A stretch of DNA of 64,000 bases, taken from the NCBI RefSeq assembly GCF_036321535.1, contig NC_087436.1, positions 53,508,001-53,572,000 on the forward strand, written 5' to 3'. The stretch comes from Camelus dromedarius. Its lineage: Eukaryota. Below, in pieces: positions 58,126 to 64,000 of this stretch; position 1 is the stretch's first letter; every line of letters begins with the position of its first letter. Below the pieces are notes generated by a model. That model had not been told where the DNA came from. It saw only the letters and a program-made list of their open reading frames with translations, and did no database searches. Both the position numbers and the translations under genes were made by a program.

Positions 58126-58505
58126 GTATTAGTCGGCTAGGGCTGCCATAATAAAATACCACGGATTGGGTGGCTTAAGCAGCAGTTTATTTTCTCACAG
58201 TTCTGGAGGCTAGAAGTCCAAGATCAAGTTGTCAGCTCATTTGGTTTCTTCTGAGGCCACTTTCCTTGGCTTGTAGATGGCCACCTTCTTGCTGTGTCCA
58301 CACATGGTCATCCCTTGGTCTGTGTTTGTGTCCTAATCTCTCATAAGGATACCAGTCATATTGAATTAGTGCCTGTCCACATGATCTCATTCTACCTTAA
58401 TTACCTCTTTAAAGCCCAATGTCCAATGGAGTCAACATTCTGAGGTACTGGGGTTTAGGACTTCTTATAAAGGAATTTGAGGGGGACACAGTTCAGCACG
58501 TAACA
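58126..58505 (-). mobile_element. MaLR solo LTR (MLT1A/B/C-like)
   Basis: tgtattagtcggctagggctgccataataaaataccac..ctcacagttctggaggctagaagtccaagatcaag..gggggacacagttcagcacgtaaca. Confidence 0.85.
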
Positions 58506-58875
58506 TGCTATCCTGGATCTGTCATAATCTAGATCCAGGAGATGTGGAAGCAGGCCACAGTATTCCCTAATGGATGAGCTTGATTATTCATGTGATGATG
58601 CTAGGAGGTCCAGGGGAAGATGCTCAGCAAACAACTGTATTTGCATATATCGTCACACATTCAAAATAGAAGAGTCAATTTCTGCTGTAATGGATTAATT
58701 TTTCATAAAGATCAGTAAAGAGTTAAAATATTTTATTCCCAGAGCCTTTATCAAAATTGTCTAGGTCATCTCACTTAATATCAGTGTCCAAAGTATTTGT
58801 ATGGTTAGAACATCTCAACCACATATTTATCAACAAATTTACAAGTTTTATTCAAGAAATGGGTGCTTACAGGAT

Positions 58876-59225
58876 GTGTTTGTCAGAATAGGCTAACTGC
58901 TATAACAAACTCCCACACCTCAGCGTGTTAAAGTTTATTTCTCAGCGAACCAGGCACTTTCCATCTTAAATAAGTGGGTTCCAAGGTTTCCATAGAAGGG
59001 GAATAGAACATAAGGAAGGCACTCCAGATTCTAACCTCCTTGACCTGAATGTTAAACCACATCCCTTCTGTTCACACTGGAGAGAGCCAGTCATGTGCTC
59101 CTACTAAGATTCAGAGATGCTAGGAAATACATCCTTGGCTCGGCAGCTGCTTCCCGATAACAACTCTCCACCATGAGCACAGAATTTGAATCCTTGGTAT
59201 TCAGCTAGCCCCCTTTGCTATGCAC
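58876..59225. mobile_element. Old MLT1-like LTR
   Basis: tgtcagaataggctaactgctataacaaactccc..aaagtttatttctc. Confidence 0.55.
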
Positions 59226-59269
59226 AGCAACTCCAACGTAGGTTTCTTTAAATTCAGTTGAATTGGAAA

Positions 59270-59485
59270 TGTAGTGGTTAAAAGCCACACTGCCGACACA
59301 GAACCCCAGCTCTGCTGCTTACTGGCTGTGTGACCTTGGAAATATCACTCACCCCTAACCACTTCAGCTTTCTCAACTGCAAAATGGAAATTTTATTCAG
59401 AGGTTTGAGCAGACTAACTAAAAAGCACTTGGAATAATGCCTGGCCCATAGTCAGCACCCGTAAGTGTTAGCTGTTATTATTATT
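59270..59485 (+). mobile_element. MIR SINE
   Basis: cccagctctgctgcttactggctgtgtgaccttggaaata..tcagctttctcaactgcaaaatgg. Confidence 0.75.
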
Positions 59486-59972
59486 ATCATGAGTCTGTCC
59501 CTACTGCAACCCTGGAACCCACAGCAGAGATGACCCAGGTGGGAGAACTCTGCCCAACACAGGTGGCCATAACTGAATGAACGGGCCAGTATTCTCTCTT
59601 ACAAAGGCTGAGTGTTTAACACACAGAGTAAGTCAGCAGTTTTTTACTGGGATGGAATTCAAAAAGTGAAAAGAACAAAACCAAACAAACACCCAGAGAA
59701 AGGGCAATGATCAGAAACCATGAGACAATAAAAGCCAAGAGTAGTCAGACACCATGAATGGCAAAAGCTAAGAAAGACAATGGAGAGAATGGAGTAGCGG
59801 AGATAGCGGCTACAAAGAGTAGCTGAGTCACCAGAATGGTAGAGGACTGCAGCAGGGACCGGTGGCATCATGAGGACACAATGGCATGAACTGCTAAAAT
59901 CCTGAATGACCTTCCAGATTCATTCCAGTGGGACAAGGGTCTGACTGTAAGACAGATATTTGTCTTCTTTAC

Positions 59973-60743
59973 TGTTTGTTTCCACGTCCTAGCTATTGTA
60001 AATAGTGCTGCTATACACATTGGGATGCATGTATCTTTTTGAGTTAAGGTTCCCTCTGGATATATGCCCAGGAGTGGGATTGCTGGATCATATGGTAAGT
60101 CTATTTTTAGTCTTTTGAGGAATTTCCATCTGTTTTCCATTGTGGCTATACCAAACTACATTCCCACCAACAATGTAGGAGGGTTCCCTTTTCTCTACAG
60201 CCTCTCCAGCATTTATCATTTGTGGACTTTTTCATGATGGCCATTCTGACTGGTGTGAGGTAATACCTCATTGTAGTTTTAATTTGCATTTCTCTGATAA
60301 TTAGCAATATTGAGCATTTTTTCATGTGTCTATTGGCTGTTTATATGTCTTCTTTGAAGAATTGCTTGTTTACGTTTTCTGCCCATTTTTGAATTGGGTT
60401 ATTTGGTCTTTTATTGTCATTCTAAGTGAAGTAAGCCAGAAAGAGAAAAAGAAAAATACTATATAATATCACTTATATGTGGAATCTAAAAAAAAAAAAA
60501 ACAAAACAAAAGACAAATGAACTTATTTACAAAACAGAAACAGACTCACAGACATAGAAATCAAACTTATGGTTACAGGGAGGGGAGTTGGAAGGGATAA
60601 ATTGGGAGTTCAAGATTTACAGATACTAACTAATATATATAAAATAGATAAACAAGTTCATACCGTATAACGCAGGGTATTCAAGATCATATTCAAGATC
60701 TTGTAGTAACATGGTGAAAAAGAATATGAAAATTTTTAAAAAA
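59973..60743. mobile_element. L1 with 5' inversion: antisense ORF2 segment 59973-60412 + sense 3' segment 60413-~60743
   Basis: Minus-strand peptide [39 protein letters not shown]; sense segment begins attgtcattctaagtgaagtaagccag. Confidence 0.88.
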
Positions 60744-61699
60744 GTAATCTTGGTATTTTTCTCTTTTCTGATAATACAAGTATAGTGGCTGTGCATCTCA
60801 GTTCACAGACATAGATGTACAAAAAATGTTCTACATCAGGGTACTACCTGATTCTGAGCCCAACCACCACCTTTCCACCAGATATGTTGAAATTTAACCT
60901 TGTTCATTCTTGAAGCTTGACCCCAGTTTACCGAGGATTGTTCACAGTTCTGGAATCTTATGTAGTGCTTAGTGTGCACAAATACTTTTGCTCTTTCCAC
61001 CACTAAAAGAAAACCAAGGCATCCTTATAGACATTAGCAAGTGCTAACATAGTGACAGAAAGTGCTGTAGAGATGACAGAAACAAACCCACTTCATGCCA
61101 GAGCCAACTGCTTAGTCTAATATATGTAATTAATTATAGACTTGCCAGCTTTCAGGTACTTTGCAGAAATTGTTGCACAAATAATAAATCATTGAAATCC
61201 AGAAACTCAGAATAATTTAGAAAGCTGTCAGTAATTCATAGGACTAAAGAACAAAGAAAATAGAGACTGAATCTATCATGATAGCCTATACAAAGTGACT
61301 AAATTATCTTTGCCTAGAGCAATTTTTTAATCTAAATTAAACAGAATTAAATAAAGAAAGTTTTGAGCTAGTTTCCTTGGGAAATGGCAAAAGCACTTAT
61401 TACAGATTCAAGAACAATTTACCATGAACTAGATAAAAGTTAATTGAAAATCTGATTATAATAAATCATGAATATAATTGATTAAACTCTTATTTCATAC
61501 TGAGTTTACACATTTCTTCCATTTCTGTAGCACTTGTTGCCTATTTTTTTGCTTTTTAATGTCTGTATCATTCTCAGAAAAGCATTTTTTTCATGGTATG
61601 TACTCCAAATAGTGTGATAAATGAAGGAGCAAATGCATGCTCAGCGTGTGTAAAGGAAGGAATATTTCCCTTAAATATTTTGGCCTGCGTTCTTCAGCA

Positions 61700-61935
61700 G
61701 CACGTCAGAGTGCCTGGGAGCACACACTTGAGCCAAACAGCCTGGGTTCACATTCCGACTCTGCATCTGTTAGCAATGTGAACCTGTACAATGCACTTAA
61801 CATCTCCATGCCTCAGTTTCCTCATTTGAAAATGAGAATGATAATAGTGCCTACCTCACAGAGTGTGGTGAGGATTATATGAGATTTCACACGTAAAGTT
61901 CTTGGAACAGTGCCTGACACATGGTAAAGCATAAG
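61700..61935 (+). mobile_element. MIR SINE
   Basis: gcctgggttcacattccgactctgc..gcacttaacatctccatgcctcagtttcctcatttgaaaatgagaatgataatagtgcctacctcacagagt. Confidence 0.8.
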
Positions 61936-62098
61936 TGATTTCTATTCTTATTCCTTTAACTTATGTATGAATACTCCATTTTAAGTAAAAAATAAAATAA
62001 AGGATTTTGAACTTTCAAAATTGTTGGTAATTAATTTATTTTAGGTAAGATAAAGAGTAAACTTTGGGAAATTTTCAGAATAGAAAATGTCATGCTTC

Positions 62099-62389
62099 TC
62101 ACAGACAAAATATGAACTTATGGTTAACAAAGGGGAAGGGGGGAGCACTGTAGGGATAAATTAGGAGTTTGGGATTAGCATTTACAAACTCCTATATACA
62201 AAGTAAAAGAACAAGGTCCTACTGTATAGCACAGGGAACTATATTCAATAGCTTGTAATAACCTATAATGAAATAAATATGAAAAAGAATGCATATGTAT
62301 AACGGAATCACTATCCTGTGCACCAGAAACTCACACAACACTGGAAATCAACTATACTTCAATTTATAAAAAAAAGGGGGGGGGGGGCG
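62099..62389 (+). mobile_element. Truncated L1 3'UTR
   Basis: TSD gaaaatgtcatgcttc / ggaaatgtcatgcttc; standard L1 terminus. Confidence 0.88.
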
Positions 62390-63386
62390 GGAAATGTCAT
62401 GCTTCCTAAAGAGAAAAAGATACCCAGGAGATGTGACCATAAAGTATGAGAATTCTGAGGTTTGGGAGAAATCCTAGTGGCAAGAGATGGTACTGATGGG
62501 CAAGGTGAAAAGCAGAAGTGAGAGGTCCCAGGTCACAAAAGGACTAGAGAAAACCAAAACAAACATTACTAGTGGACACACCACAGGTCTGATCACCATA
62601 TGAACTTCATCTTAAAATATTTCAACACAATCTTTGAGGAACTGATTCCCAAGGCACAGAGCATGAGTGTGCAGAGTGGAGCGTGGTGAAGAGGGGACCC
62701 CAAGAAACAAATGGAAGTTATCTGACACACCTTCCATCCCATTTACTTCCCTCCTATATCACAGATGAACTCTCCACACATCTGTAGAGCCAGGATACTG
62801 GTTAAATAAGTTTTGTTTCATCTAAAAAATGGAATAATTTTCAGTCAATGAAAAGAATGAAGCAGTTCTAAACACAGTATACTTATATGGAGGTGTCTCC
62901 TATAAATATTGTGTGGAAAAAAGTATAATGTGAAAAAAATATACACACTCATGAAAGTATGTTACTATATTATATATACCGCTGTTTATTATATATATTC
63001 AAAAATCTATACACATCCCCAAATGAGTATACCTATACTCAAAAGTAAGTGGTAGTCCAGAGATAAGATTGCTGTAGGTGCTTGCAGGGAACTCATCAGC
63101 TCAACACTAAAGGCTGCAAATTCTCCCATTTCTCTACATTCCTACATTTCTCCCCCCAATATTGGCTACCTCCTAAAGCTTGTTCTCTTGTGGTCACAAG
63201 ATGGCTACAGCCATTTAAGCACTTACATGCACACACAACTTCCAGAAGGAAAAAGACTCTTCTTGAGTTCACTTTCCTAGGAGTGAGGAAATCTTCCTAG
63301 AAGCCCCCTAGTGGATAAGTCTTAATGCCACATTGGCCAGGTTGGCCCAATCCTAAACATAACACTGGAAAATAAATAGCTTAAAC

Positions 63387-63569
63387 CAGTGGTTCTCAAT
63401 CTGGGGTCATTTTGCCCTCCAGTGGGCATTTGGCACTATCTGGAGGCATTTTAGTCACAACTTTGGAGAAGGATGCTACTGGCATCTAGTGGATAGAAGA
63501 AAGGGGCACTGCTAAACATCCTAGAACAAGCTGAACAGCCCTTCACAACCAAGAATTATCTGATCCCAA
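63387..63569. mobile_element. MER20 (hAT-Charlie) DNA transposon, cut by a downstream L1
   Basis: cagtggttctcaatctggggtcattttgccc..gcatttggcactatctggaggcatttt..tgctactggcatctagtggataga..gctaaacatccta. Confidence 0.85.
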
Positions 63570-64000
63570 CCCTTGTGCATGCGCTATTGGTGAGAACGTA
63601 AATAGGTACAGTCAAAATGGAAAACAGGATGGAGGTTCCTCAAAAAATTAAAAATAGATGCAGCAATTCTACTTCTGGATATATGTCTGAAGGAAATAAA
63701 TCACTATGTTGAAAGATATCTGCAGCCCCATGTTGATAGCAGCATTGTTTACAGTAATCAAGACACGGAAACAACTTAAGTGCCCATCAACAGATGAGTG
63801 GGTAAAGATTTTAACAAAAAGAAGGAAATCCTGCCGTTTACAACAACATAGATGGACCTTGGGGGTATTATGCTAAGTGAAATAAAAGAGAAAGACAAAT
63901 TCTGTATGATCTCACTTATATGTAGAATCTAAAACAAACAAACCAAAAAACACCAAAACTCATAGAAAAAGAGGTCCGATTTGTGGTTACTAGAGGTGAG
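63570..64000 (+). mobile_element. L1 ORF2 end / 3' region running off the window
   Basis: atggaggttcctcaaaaaattaaaaataga..cagcaattctacttctgg..atggaccttgggggtattatgctaagtgaaataa. Confidence 0.85.

Noticed and set aside
40000..64000. Exons of a neighbouring gene (EIF4E lies on this side of METAP1 in human)
   Set aside because: No second CpG island or matching peptide seen; any such gene lies beyond the window.

Overview
Mammalian genomic DNA, most likely a camelid: nine tRNA-Ala-derived Vic-1-type SINEs are present, and I recognised no Alu, B1, Bov-tA or PRE-1 copies. The minus strand carries the 5' half of METAP1 (methionine aminopeptidase 1): a CpG-island promoter and coding exons 1-6 (39450-39337, 12924-12873, 7463-7351, 6413-6353, 2903-2812, 1859-1776). 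These total 516 nt = 172 codons, all with GT-AG junctions and compatible phases; the remaining exons lie off the left edge. From about 40 kb to 64 kb is repeat-rich upstream intergenic DNA with no further host gene that I can support. Most other sequence is L1, MIR/L2, MaLR LTR and Tigger/hAT remnants. The standout is an L1-derived element at about 53043-54467. In it, an open, A-rich ORF1 is joined almost directly to the end of ORF2 and the 3'UTR, and about 500 nt of that 3' part carries dense, one-directional A>G changes with ADAR-like neighbour context. This is a candidate genomic fossil of an A-to-I hyper-edited RNA that was reverse-transcribed into the germline. Repeat subfamily names are by eye and their boundaries are approximate.
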